Source: Camelus dromedarius
Taxonomy: Eukaryota
DNA: 64,000 nt
Reading direction: 5' to 3'
NCBI RefSeq assembly: GCF_036321535.1
Contig: NC_087436.1
Coordinates: 81,966,001 to 82,030,000 of the forward strand
The position numbers and the translations under genes are program-made. Below the pieces are notes generated by a model that worked only from the letters and a program-made list of their open reading frames with translations, was not told the origin of the DNA and did no database searches. Positions 13,030 to 25,529 of this stretch are shown here, piece by piece. Positions within the stretch are counted from its first letter, which is position 1; each line of letters begins with the position of its first letter.

Positions 13030-16000
13030 AATATTCCATCGTATATGTATACCACATTTTCTTTATCCTTTCGTATGTTGAACACTTGGGTTGCTTTCAT
13101 ATCTTGGATATTGTAAATAGTGGTGCTATGAACACTAGGGAGTGTTTTTGTGTTTTCTAGATATATACCTAGGAGTGGAATTGCTGGGTCATATGGTAGT
13201 TCTATTTTTAGTTTTTTGAGGAGTATTCATCCTGCTTTCCATAATGGCTGCACCATTTTACATTGCCACCAACAGTGTATGAGAATTCCCTTTTCTCCAC
13301 ATCCTTGACAACATTTGTTATTTGTAGACTTTTTGATGGTAGCCATTCTGATAGGTGTGAGGTGATTTCTCATGTGGTTTTAATTTACATTTCTAATGAT
13401 TACCAGTTTTGAGCATCTTTTCATGTGCCTATTGGCTATCTGTATGTCTTCTTTGGAAAAATGTCTGTTCAGATCTTCTGCCCATTTTTTGATTTGGTTG
13501 TGTTTTGTTTTGTATTTTAATATTCAGTTGTATGAATTGTTTATGTATTTTGGATATTACCCCTTGTTGGTCATATCATTTGCAAATATTTTCTCCCATT
13601 CAGTAGGTTGTCTTCATTTTGTCAATAGTTGCCTTTGCTGTGCAGAATCTTTTAAGTTTAATTAAGTCTTATTTGTTTATTTTTGCTGCCTTAGGAGACA
13701 GATCCAGTAAAATAGTGCTACGATTTGTCAAAGAGTGTTCTGCGTACGTTGTTGTCTAGGAGTTTTATGGTTTCAGGTTTTACATTTAGTTCTTTCATCT
13801 ATTTTGGGGTTATGTCTGTATATGTTACAAGGAAATGCTCTAATCTTACTATTTTACATGCAGCTGTAGAGTTCTTTCAGCACCACTTATTGAAGACACT
13901 GTCTTCTCTCCATTGTATAGTCTTGCCTCCTTTGTCATAGATTAATTAACCATAGGTGTGCTGGTTTATTTCTGGGCTTTCTATCCTGTTCCATTGATCT
14001 GTGTCTACTTTTGTGCCATTACTGTGCTGTTTTGACTACTATAGCTTTGTAGTATATAGTCTGAAGTCAGAGAGGGTGACCTCTAGTTGTGTTGTTTTTC
14101 GTTTTGTTTTGTTTTGTTTTGTTTTTCTCTCAAGCTTGCTTTGGGAATTCAGGGTCTTCTGTGGTTCCACATTAATTTTAGGACTATTTCTCCTATTTCT
14201 GTGAAAAATGTCCGGGGTATTTTGATAGCGATTGCGTTACATTTGTAGATTCCTTTGGGTAGTAAGGCCATTTTAGTAGTATGTATTCTTCTAATCCAAG
14301 AGCATGGAATATCTTTCCATTTCTTTGTATCATCTTTAATTTCCTTTTTTCAGTGATTTCTAGTTTTCAGTGAATAGGTCTTTCAATTTGTTGGTTAAGT
14401 TTGCTCCTAGGTACTTCATTGTTTTTGATGCGATTTTAATCAATATATTTTTTTTTACTTTCTCTTTTGATAGTTCATTATTAGTGTACAGAAAAACAGC
14501 AGATTTCTATATATTAATCTTGTGTCCTGCAACTTTACTGAATTCATTTATTGGTTTTAATAGTTTTTTGGTGGAGACTTCAGAGTTTTCCATATAAAGT
14601 ATCATGTCATCTGCACATAGTGACAATTTACTTCTTCTCTTCCAATTTAGATGCCTTTTATTTCTTTTTCCTGTTTGATTGTTGTGGCTACGACTTCTAA
14701 TACTATGTTGAATAGAAGTGGCGAGACTGAGCCTTCTTGTCTTGTTCCTGAATTTAGAGGAAAGGCTTTCAGCTTTTTACCATTAAGTATGATGTTAGTT
14801 GTAGGTTTGTCATAAATGGCTTTTATTATGTTGAGATATGTTCCCTCTATACCAATTTTGTTAAGAGTTTTTATCATGGCTGGATATTGAATTTTGACAA
14901 ATGCCTTTTCTGTGTCTATTGAGATGATCGTGTAATTTTTTCTTCCTTTTGTTATGTGGTGTATCACATTGATTAATTTGCCAAAGTTGAACCATCCTGG
15001 CGTCCCTAGAATAAATCCAACTTGACATGGTGTATGATCATTTCTGTATATTGTTGCATTTGGTTTGCTGATATTTTGTTGAGGAATTTTGCATCTATAT
15101 TCATCAAAGATACTGTCTTGTAATTTTTTTTTTTTTGTAATGTCTTTGTCTGACTTTGGTACCAGAGTAATAGATGGTGGCCTCATAGATTGAATTTGGG
15201 AGTGTTTTGTCCTCTTCAATTTTGGGGAATAATTTGAGAAGGATAGGTCTTAGCTCTTCTTTATATATCTGGTAGACTCCCCCTGTGAACTGTCCAGGCC
15301 TGGATTTTTGTGTGCTAGAAGTTTTTGGTTTTATTTTTTTTTCTTTTTCTTTTTAACAGATTCAATTTCTCTACTACTGATCAGTCCATTTCTTCTTGAC
15401 TTAGTCTTGGTAGGCTGTATGTTTCTAGAAATTTGTCGATTTCTTCTAGGTTGTCCAGTTTGTTGACAGATAACTGTAATATTCTCTTATGATTTTTTGT
15501 ATGTCTATTGGTTGTTGTTTCTCCTCTTTCATTTCTTATTTTATTAGGTTCTCTCTTCTTAGTAAGCCTGGCTAAAAGTTTATCAATTTTGTTTATCTTT
15601 CCAAAAACTAGCTCTTGGTTTCATTGATCTTTTCTATTGGTTTGTTTGTTTTGGTTTGGTTTCGTTTTTTGTTTTGTTTTGTTTTTTTTAGTTTTGTTGT
15701 TGTTGTTGTTGTTGTTTTGGTCTCTATTTTATTTATTCCCTCTCTGATCTTTATTATTTCCTTCCTTCAGCTGACTTTGGGGTTTGTTCTTCTTTTTCTG
15801 TTTCCTTTAATTGGTAGGTTAGGTTGTTTATTTGAGATTTTTCTTGTTCTTAATGAAGGCCTGCACTACTGTAAACTTCCCTCTTAGAATTGCTTTTGCT
15901 ATGTCTCATAATTTTAGAGAATTCTGTTTCCATTTTCATTTGTCTTGAGATATTTTCAGATTTTCTCTTTGATTTCTTCACTGATCCATTGGGTTTTTTT

Positions 16001-16490
16001 AGTAGCATGTTGTTTAGTCTCCACGTGCTTGTTCTTTTCCCATTTTTCTTTCTGTAATTGATTTCTAGTTTCATACCATTGTGGTAGGAAAACATGCTTG
16101 ATATAATTTCTCACCTCTTAAATTTGCTGAGAATTGTTTTGTGGCCTAGCATGTGATCTGTCCTGGAGGCTGCTCCATGTGCTCTTGAAAGGAATGTGTA
16201 TTTTACTGTTTGGGGAATGTAATGTCCTATATATATTTATTAAATCCAATTGGTCTGTTGTATCATTTAAGACTACTGTTGCCTTGTTGATTTCCTGTCT
16301 GGATGATCTATCCATTGATGTCTGTGGGGTGTTAAAATTCTCTAATCAGACAAGGGGGCTCATCTCCCCTGTGTAGGACCCCCAGGACTGGAGCACCCAA
16401 TCTCTGGCTCTTACCACTTTTTCCTCAGAATGGGTCTCTGCACATGTATTCTCACTTTTCTTCTGAGTCCTCTCTTCCAGGAGCACAGAA
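13030..16490 (-). mobile_element. Degraded L1: most of ORF2 (EN to C-terminus) plus ~145 bp of 5'UTR-like sequence
   Basis: ORFs 14647..15219 ([15 protein letters not shown]...[11 protein letters not shown]), 15850..16095 and 16118..16315 (EN); many frameshifts; no polyA seen. Confidence 0.93.
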
Positions 16491-18779
16491 TTATGTAAAA
16501 TTGGTTTACAGTGTTTCTTGTTTTATTATAATTTAGGATTACTATATAATTGAAAATTGACTATTAGTTGGATTTGCCACCTTCTTCCCTGTCCAAACCA
16601 CAAAATAAGATCAAGCACCAGATTCTTAACAAAAACAAAATGAAAAAACAAAACAAAACAAAACATAAAAAAACCTCGTGTGAAAAAGCTTGTTCAGGTG
16701 CAAAGTAACTTGGTACAGATAGTTAAAGAAGCTTTTTCCTCAGTATTAAAACTGATTATTGTCTTTTTGAGTACTCTTAATTCCTACTTATAAAACATTA
16801 TGCAGAAGATTTTAAAACACACTTTGTTTAGTTGGATGTCAAGTACCAGTGTAATTTTAAATGCTAGTGGCTTTTGTTTTGAGGCTTTTTTAATCTAAGG
16901 TTTAATTATAATACATACAAAGTTGAAATTGAGAGTGCTCACAAAGGATTCAACAGATACAGAAATCAGCCAGAAACAAGATAGAGTCAAATAATTTAAA
17001 AACAAAGAGGAAATTAAAGTTTATCTAAACCAAGCCTTTTCATTCTATCATTGAGTTAAATGAGTCCCAGAAATGTTATGTGTCTGCAGTGCACTCAGCT
17101 AATTTGTGCCAAAGTTCCCATTATGATCCCCCTTACCTGCCTCAGGAGCAGTTAGTATATTAGGTAATATAACAATGAAAAATACCTCTCTTTGTTTTTA
17201 TATCAGTATGGTGTTACTGACCCATCCTCCCCAAGGTTTGAAACGGGTCTTTTTATCCCTAGAGTTAGTGATGAATTTATCCAGCCTCCTCTACCAGTAT
17301 TCCAGTTCCTCTTAGAATCAGTGGCATGGAGTTGCCTGATAGTTGACAAGGGTCTGCATCTATAACCAAGAAACTAGTTTGTCTTGCAAAAAGAATCATT
17401 GATTTCACTTAAATTGATCATATGGTTTTGGCCTTATCACAAATATACTTTTACTAAGAAATTCAAGTAGTTTACTCATAGATAACGTCTATAATTAGTA
17501 TCCATAGTTATTCTAGTTAGAGACTGAATATGTCCACATGAACCTTATGAGAGATGAGAAAGGCAACATTGGAACAACAGTCTCTAATGCAGAGACGGTG
17601 TACATTTAATTTCTAACTTACATATTTATCAATTATTCTTAAGATATTTCCCAGGTAAACATTATTGAGAACGACACCAGCATATAAGAAGTGTTATTAC
17701 TTAAAGAAGTTGATTTCAGCCTCTTTTTAACGTTAAAATATTTGCAGAATTTGCTGTGGTCATGAAGTGTATTAATGGGAAAAGAATTCTTTTAAATATA
17801 AAAATATGTATTCCTTGAATGTTACTGCTTGTTTCTGTGAGGTAATTTAACTCAGAAATGTATTGGTACTTGAGATATCTAGCTCCTCACTTTCAGTGAT
17901 TCATAAATTCTGTACTTTTAAATTTACTTGGATTCTCCTGTACCTCAGATACTTACTGATTTTTTTTTAACCAGTGGTAAAGTATTTTGACTATCTCTGT
18001 GAATACAACAGAGATACAAGACAAGACAAATAGGAACTCGACATGTACACAGTACTGTCTAGTAACACGTAGCTCCACACCAACATCCTTCCTTCTTTCC
18101 CAACACGAATAAGTCACTTTATATTGGAGTGGGAAGGGGGGAGGGGGGCACTGGGGGAGGATCCTGTTAAAAAGAGGAGGTTAGCAAAGCTTCCCCTTTC
18201 CAAAAGAATATTCAGTTCCATCTACTCAAATCTTGTACTCCAGCCATGCTAATCTGTGATGTTTTCCCAGAACCTTTTCTGCCTTTTTTCCACCTCAGCT
18301 TTTGTTACTGCCTTACTTTTTACGTACAACCCTCTCCATAATCCACTTATTAAAACGCTACCTCGTTTCCTTGAACTCTTTATTTCTGGCAGGAAGAAAC
18401 CTCTCCTTTCAGGTCTGACTCATGGCTTCATAATACAGCTATTTCTTTAAAATCTTAACATTCTATTTATCAGTCAGGCTCACATGTATTATGCTAGCAG
18501 CTTTCTTATACATTGTCTCTATTTTCCCCAATTGCCTAATGAGGGACTTTCACAGGACAATTGTTAAGTAAATATTTGAAAGATGAAAAAAAATTAAATT
18601 AATTAATGTTTGAATCTTACTGATGAATCCTTGAATACAGAGAGCCCAATCTGTTGCTTCTAGTTAGGGAAGTAAATACACAAAAATATTGCACAGTTAC
18701 AATTTGCGTGTGTCTCTCTGCGTGTGTGTCTCTGTGTGGGAAACATTTTAATACACACACACACACGCACACAAGCGAT

Positions 18780-19057
18780 CGGGGTGATGGCTGCGTTGAG
18801 TTCTTCTGAAACCACTCTCCTTGGCTTTGTAGGTGGTGGTCTTCCCTCTGTGCACACATGTCTGTATCCAAATTCCCTCTTCTTATAAGGACACCAGTCA
18901 TATTGCATTAGGCCCATCCTAAAGACCTCATTTTAACTTAAATATTTTTTTAAAAACCTATCTCCATATATCGTTAAATTCTGAGGTACAGAGAGTTAGG
19001 GCTTCAATATATATGTATTCTGAGGAAAGGGAGGAGGAACCCTGTTTAGTTCATAAC
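18780..19057. mobile_element. MLT1 (ERVL-MaLR) LTR fragment
   Basis: cttcttataaggacaccagtcatattg...gacctcattttaactta...ttagggcttcaa...cataaca. Confidence 0.75.
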
Positions 19058-19086
19058 AAGAACTAAGTGGTAAGTTCTAGGTTCAT

Positions 19087-19108
19087 TGTGTGTGTGTGTG
19101 TGTGTGTG
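19087..19108. repeat. (TG)n microsatellite
   Basis: Direct read. Confidence 0.9.
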
Positions 19109-19612
19109 TTTAAATGCTCTTGATTATTAAGTAAATGAAGTAATTTTAACATGACAAATGGCATATTTATTGGTTTAATTTAGGAGATATTTGAATGATC
19201 AGTTTACTTTAAAAAAAAAAAAAAAACCTAAGTGGAAATAAGAAAAAGTGAATTGTAGTTCTGATGCCAACATTCACTGAATTTATTTGACTAGGATTTA
19301 TTGAGTACTTACTTAAGGCATTTTGCTGGGCAGTGATACTAGCTATAATGTTGAGCAAGCCCTGAACTATTATTTCTCATCTGCAAGACAATGATTAGAA
19401 ATCTCTTTAACTTACCTCATGAGATTGTTCCACAAATAAAATAAGAAATAAATGAAAGTCCTTTGAGAGTGTAAATGTGCTAGCCAAGTCATTATTAATG
19501 GGATTTAAAAGAATAAATCCTATTTTTTCTTTTTGTTTCACCCTACAACTTACTATGAACATTTTACTCTTCATAAGTAGAAGTGCCAGCCACTTATTAG
19601 TGGGGAATTCTT

Positions 19613-19730
19613 TTTTTTTCCCCTTTTTTCAGGGAGGAGGGTGCCTAGGTTTATTTATTTATTTGTTTTAAGGAAGGTCCTGGCCTATATGCTAGGCGGG
19701 CACTCTACCACTGAGCTATACCCTCCCCCT
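19613..19730 (-). mobile_element. Vic-1-like SINE with B box deleted
   Basis: Reverse strand gggggagggtatagctcagtggtagagtgc; TSD agtggg(g/a)aattctt at 19599-19612 and 19732-19745. Confidence 0.8.
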
Positions 19731-20137
19731 CAGTGGGAAATTCTTAACATATTGAGTGTTGTCAAATTCATGACATCAACTCTGTTGTAACAAAGACATG
19801 GGGTCTGACCACCTTAGTTTAGGATTCACCTCTTGCCTGTACTAGCTGAGGAAACCTGCGCAAATCATTTAACCTCAAGATTTATTTACTCATTTGTAAC
19901 TGAAATATACTCATTTCACAAGTTACTATTTATAAGGAATAAATATGATAGCATATAGTCATTTGGTAAACTATAAATCACTATCAAAATATAAAATAAT
20001 GGCATTATATTATTTAAAATATAATGTTGAAGTGATGCAGCAATCCATTAATGAGCTGTTATTTAAATTGAAATGAGCAGTGTCAATGCCTAAGTATATT
20101 ATGTTTACTTTATCTTAAAATTGTTCATTTCCAATAG

Positions 20138-20227
20138 ATGTGCTACACAAAAGATGGAGCACAGTGTCTTCACCAGAAAGGGAGATCACCCTGGTGAACC
20201 TGAAAAAAGATGCAAAGTATGGCTTAG
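20138..20227 (+). CDS. PTPN13: PTPN13 exon ~21, start of PDZ1 (DVLHKRWSTVSSPEREITLVNLKKDAKYGL)
   Basis: ccaatag|AT...TTAG|gtaagt; 90 nt, phase 1-1. Confidence 0.95.
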
Positions 20228-20515
20228 GTAAGTCACTAAGATTGTTAAAGATCTGAGAATTGAAAGAGAAAAAGTGGATCGTGTAGCGTTGGCGTTGAGG
20301 CACCGGCCCACTCTGCCCATCTGCATCCCCTAAACCCACACGGCCAGCCAGGAAATGCCAAAGATGAAATGCTTACAAGCAATATTTCCACCAAATTTAA
20401 GTCCCATCTCACAAGCATTACCTACTAAATCGTGTTTGATACGAGTCTACACATCTGTGTCTCAAGCAGGGTAGTCATTAGTCCTTGAAAGCACCAATAG
20501 CACGAAGATCTTTTT

Positions 20516-20883
20516 TTTTTTTTTTTTTTTACTTATTTTTTATTGAGGTATAGTTGATTTACAACAATACATAAGTTCCAGGTATATAACATAGTGATTC
20601 ACAATTTTTTTAAACATTCTTTTATTGAGTTATAGTCACTTTACAATGTTGTGTCAAATTCCAGTGTAGAGCACAATTTTTCAGTTATACATGAACATAC
20701 ATATATTCATTGTCACATTTTTTTTCACTGTGATGATTCATAATTTTTAAAGGTTATACTCCATTTATAGTTATAAAATACTGGCTATGTTCCTATGCTG
20801 TACAGTATATTCTTGTAGCTTATTTATTTTATATATACCAGTTTGTACGTCATAACCTCCTATCCCTATGTTACCTCTCCCCG
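20516..20883 (-). mobile_element. 5'-truncated L1 3'UTR insertion containing a nested younger L1 tail (20610-20733)
   Basis: PolyT at 20511-20530; outer TSD gaagatcttttt at 20504-20515 and 20885-20896; inner TSD tgattca(c/t)aattttt at 20595-20609 and 20734-20748. Confidence 0.88.
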
Positions 20884-20915
20884 TGAAGATCTTTTTAAAA
20901 TGTGCTGTTTCACAG

Positions 20916-21023
20916 GATTTCAAATTATTGGTGGAGAGAAGATGGGAAGACTGGATCTCGGTGTATTTATTAGTTCAATCACCCCTGGAGGACCAGCTGA
21001 CTTGGATGGGTGCTTAAAGCCAG
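20916..21023 (+). CDS. PTPN13: PTPN13 exon ~22, PDZ1 (GFQIIGGEKMGRLDLG...CLKP)
   Basis: tcacag|GA...CCAG|gtactt; 108 nt, phase 1-1. Confidence 0.95.
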
Positions 21024-21192
21024 GTACTTTAAATTTAGGAAATTTCTAGATACTTACTGACAGGCATGAATTTGCAAGACAGTGAAAGTAGAACTTTGGC
21101 AAAACAAAAATAATGAAGGGGAGGTGACATTTCTAAGATTTAGCGTGAATTTCTCTTTGTTGTTGAAAATACTGGACTGTCTGTTGTTACAG

Positions 21193-21324
21193 GAGACCGT
21201 TTGATATCTGTGAATAGTGTCAGTCTGGAAGGGGTCAGCCACCATGCTGCAATTGAAATTTTGCAAAATGCACCCGAAGACGTGACACTTGTTATCTCTC
21301 AGCCAAAAGAAAAGATATCCAAAG
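21193..21324 (+). CDS. PTPN13: PTPN13 exon ~23, PDZ1 end (GDRLISVNSVSLEG...KEKISK)
   Basis: ttacag|GA...AAAG|gtaatg; 132 nt, phase 1-1. Confidence 0.95.
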
Positions 21325-21799
21325 GTAATGTTGTGACTGTCTCTTAGCTGTATGTTCTATCTCACTTTCCACAAGAACTTCAATACCTTGGACAATAAAT
21401 TGGGTTTAAGCTTCTTATATTCTTTCAGGAAATGTGGTATGTGCAGTTCTGATTGCTTTAATTCTATACATTGGTATAACTTTCATTCATCACTTCTAGG
21501 ATTCTGTCTCATTCCTCTTTAGTAACATACGCATAAAAATGGATTTGTTGTGCAAAATCAATGTCACTTCAGTAAATTTTGAATAGTCAGTGCATTCCAT
21601 CACTTCTTAGGCCAAATCAGAAATAAAATTCTTAATCATTGCCTAATTAATATAGTTATATAATCATTATCTTTGAAGTCCTGGCCTGAACCCAATTATA
21701 AAAGGAAAGGGTACCAGTATACCAGAAATTTAAAAGCAAGACCATATCATTTTGTCTCATAATCCCTGCCATTAGCATGTTGTTGGAAAAACGACACTT

Positions 21800-22000
21800 G
21801 ACAGTGATCAGATGACTTGAGTTTGAGCCATGCCTGGGCCACTTATTAGCTATATGACTTAAGTTCTCTTGAGCTATGGTTATTTTTCTTTCTTTAAGAG
21901 GATACCGTGACCTCAGCCCTGCCTTGTCTGTCTTGCACAGTGTTGTCATGAGGATCAAGCTGGGGGCAGTGTTTGAAAGAAGCACACATGGGACGTGCAG
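21800..22000 (+). mobile_element. MIR SINE
   Basis: gacttgagtttgagcc...ccacttattagctatatgactt...gttgtcatgaggatcaa. Confidence 0.55.
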
Positions 22001-22702
22001 TGCAGCGGCCAGTGGGAAGGGCTCAGAGTCTGGGGTCAGACTCTGTCTCACTGCCTAACACTGTACACTTCGTTATTGACATCTAGGAACTCTGTGTATA
22101 TTATTTAAGTTTTCCTTGGTTTTGCTTGCCATTTAAAGCTCTTCATTTCTAATAAATTTGCAGTGTGTAAATTCTTTTACACATATCACCTGTGGTTTGT
22201 GTCTTAGGAGAGTGTCCCCAAGTGGCTTTTTTAAAGAACTGTGTACGTAAGGAGTATGGAGTTGCCGTCCTTGATAATTCCTTGGAGACCAAAATTGCAG
22301 TCTGGTAGGACAATATAAAACAAGTATATAAATAACCATTAAATAAGGGTCAAGGATTTTTGGAGACTTAGATTATCTCTAGTTAGGGAATTAAGAAAGT
22401 CTTCACAGGGGACTCACTTGAAATAGGTCTTGGAGAATGAAAATGGGGAGTTAAGGCTAAGGGGGTGTGCATTTCATTAGAAGTTGCAGAAAGAATGACC
22501 AAAAGAGGGAGCCAAGGAAACAGAAAGCATGTGCTACATCTGTTGGGTCCTTGTCATGGTTCCAGGCCCCGGGTCAGGTGTTGTGCATGTGTTATCCTGT
22601 GTAAAATCTTTTCAACGATCATCAGGGAACATTGTGTGTGAATATAAGCACAGACGTGTGTCACTAACCTGTTTTACTCATTGGTGGATTTTGACTTTTT
22701 AG

Positions 22703-23166
22703 TGCCTTCTACCCCTGTGCGCATTGCCAATGGCATGAAAAACTACATGAAGAAACCTTCTCACATGCAAGACAGTGCTGTAGATTCTTCTGAGGATCAC
22801 TGCTGGCAACATGGCACCCCGAGGCACATCTCAGAGAGCTCATTTGTGCTGTCTGGGGGCCTGCGGGAAGGAAGCCTGAGTTCTCAAGATTCCAGGACTG
22901 AGAGTGCCAGCTTGTCCCAGAGCCAGGTCAATGGTTTCTTTGCCAGCCATGTAGGTGACCGAAGCTGGCAGGAATCACAGCATGGCAGCCCTTCCCCATC
23001 TGTAGTATCCAAAGCCACTGAGAAAAAGCGGACTTCTACTGACAGTAACCGAAGCAAAGCTAAAAACACCAGCCTATCTGACGCAGCAGATCACTCTGAT
23101 CGTGGAGATTCCGACATGGATGAAGCCACTTACTCCAGCAGTCAGGATCATCACACGCTAAAAAAG
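22703..23166 (+). CDS. PTPN13: PTPN13 exon ~24, Ser-rich linker (VPSTPV...DHHTLKK); GC donor
   Basis: tttttag|TG...AAG|gcatcg; 464 nt, phase 1-0. Nearby GTs at 23141 and 23172 are out of frame. Confidence 0.88.
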
Positions 23167-24195
23167 GCATCGTTTATTTGAGTCTTTTTTTTTTTTTTTT
23201 TTTTTTGATTTAACAAAGCAAAGAACAGCAAATATATTACAGAGCAGAATAATCCACTCTAAACTGAGTACATTATTCTGGAAAGGAGGAATCGTTTATA
23301 CATTGCTACTAACTACTGCTGCATTTGATGCTAACTTTCAGAGAAATTAGCAGCTTCAAATACTAACTCCAAAATGGCTATTATTCTGGGAACTTGGCTA
23401 TATGATTACACAAAGCAATGATTATGATTGTTTTCTACAAATTGTTTATCTCTTTCATACTTACTATTTATATTAATAAGAGAATTTAATATCTGAAAAA
23501 AATTGTTCCTAAATAATTCATATAGTGGGAGGTTGACTTTACTATTGATGGCCTACTATTCTGAAGTTCTGAATGTATGATCATAAGGACAACATAGAAA
23601 ATTGCTCGTTTCCTAGAAATTTTAGAAATGATGTAAGTTTGAACTCATATTCACAAGCAGATTCAGAAGAGGACCTTAAACCCTTTGTTAACTGAAAAGC
23701 CAGCATTCCTCCTCGTAAGAGAGTTATGCCCTTATAAACGGGGCTTAGCTGTTGTGCCTATGTTTATACTGGATTTATAAACATTAGCAAAGTAAACATG
23801 AAGGCTTCTCACCTTAAAGGCCCAAGTTAAAAGCTGTTGTTTGATATATATTGATTTTTAAAGCAAATGGAAATACTTTAAATTTGAGTGTATAAAAAGC
23901 ATTGGATGAGGATAGTGTGAATGCCAGAGTTGAGCTGTTTTCTGGGCTTCCCTCTGCCATAAACGTTTGACCTAAAGCAAACCCTTTAATCTCTAGACCT
24001 CAAATTCCTCAACCATAAACTGTGAAGTCATTGGATTAGATGATCCCTAAGATTGCTTCCAACCCTCATGATCTTTGAATCCAGTCTTAATATCTTGTTT
24101 TTTCTTAATTTTTCCAAAAAACACATATTGATCTTCCATTAATAATTCAGTTTGACTCTAACAAGAAATCCTTCTGTTTGTTTTTCTTTGTTAAG

Positions 24196-24342
24196 GAATC
24201 TTCCTCCTCAATGAATACATCCAACAAAATGAATTTTAAAACTTTTCCATCATCACCTCCTAAACCTGGAGATATCTTTGAGGTTGAACTGGCTAAAAAT
24301 AATAACAGCTTGGGGATAAGTGTCACGGTACTGTTTGACAAG
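24196..24342 (+). CDS. PTPN13: PTPN13 exon ~25, start of PDZ2; alternative donors after 24327 (short) and 24342 (+VLFDK)
   Basis: gttaag|GAA...ACG|gtactg and AAG|gttttc; both phase 0. Confidence 0.94.
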
Positions 24343-25435
24343 GTTTTCAAATGTTTTCTCTTCTCCATTTCCAGCAGCCTATTGTGTGCCAGTTTATTCA
24401 CTGAATAATTTTGCTTCAAAAGGGAAACTTGTCAAATATTCCCAAAATTAAGCATTGAATTATAACTTAAAACTTTTTCTGAAAACTTAAGTGTGCTGGT
24501 CACTTTTTCCTGTGGTTTGAAAGAAATTAGACAAATGCTATTTTTTTCCTCCATAGTTTTCATACTTGCTTAATCTGAATACAAGACTCAGAAAATATAA
24601 AATTATAAAATTAATAAGTATGCTTTGTATACATTTGACAGCTTCTGCATAAGCATGGAATAATACATTTTAACCTACATCATAAATAATTAAAGTCGAA
24701 TGTATATTTATATGCCCTTTCTCTTTGTAATACATCTTATAAATATGATTAGTATCTTAAAATTAGAGGTTCCCAAGAATATATGTAGTACTTTTAAAGT
24801 AGTTGAAATATAAGCATCAGCTATTTGGTGAAATTACTTTAGAATTCTGTTAGTGAATATATTTTACCCTAAAGTAGAACATTATCATTTATGACATTTG
24901 AAGGATATTGTTAGTTATAAAAAGCCATTTAGAAATAACGCAGAAACAGCACTATTAACATATAGAGACCAAAACGAAAAACTAATTTTCTAGCAGTTTT
25001 TAAAATACCATAACTCTAAGACAATTTTTCCTTGACTCATGAGATTTGCTTTCAGATTAGCAAATATGACTTGAAATATTTTATTTCATATGCTGTTGTT
25101 TTTTTCTGACAGTTCTATTTGCAAACTAATTTTGCATGGATGGATTTTGCTTTCTGCTTGTGCCTAATGCATGGTATAGGGTTAAAAAAGGAAAAGCAAC
25201 TCAAGATCTGCCGTGTTGTTATTTTCTGAATAAAGAGTTTTCCTAAAAAGTAATTGCTTTAACATTTGGAAAACTTAGCTAGAAATATTCATGGGAATTA
25301 CAGTAATTGCATGTGCTAATATGATTCTGCTGCTTTTGGCTTTGATAAATTGAATGCTTTCTAGGTCTCAGATTTGAAAGATAAAGTGTGACATTTTTCA
25401 CATTACAAAATGATATTCTGTCTTTTTCCACTTAG

Positions 25436-25529
25436 GGAGGTGTGAATACCAGTGTCAGACATGGTGGCATTTATGTGAAAGCTGTTATTCCCAAGGGAGC
25501 AGCAGAGTCCGATGGCAGAATTCACAAAG
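25436..25529 (+). CDS. PTPN13: PTPN13 exon ~26, PDZ2 (GGVNTSVRHGGIYVKAVIPKGAAESDGRIHK)
   Basis: cttag|GGA...AAAG|gtagag; 94 nt, phase 0-1. Confidence 0.96.

Noticed and set aside
14647..15219. 190-aa reverse-transcriptase-like ORF as a functional gene
   Set aside because: It is a frameshifted fragment of a decayed L1 ORF2.
23167..24195. U12-type intron (GCATCGTTT resembles RTATCCTTT)
   Set aside because: There are two mismatches in the U12 core, and the 3' end has a U2-type ctctaac branch point plus a pyrimidine tract, with no TCCTTAAC.
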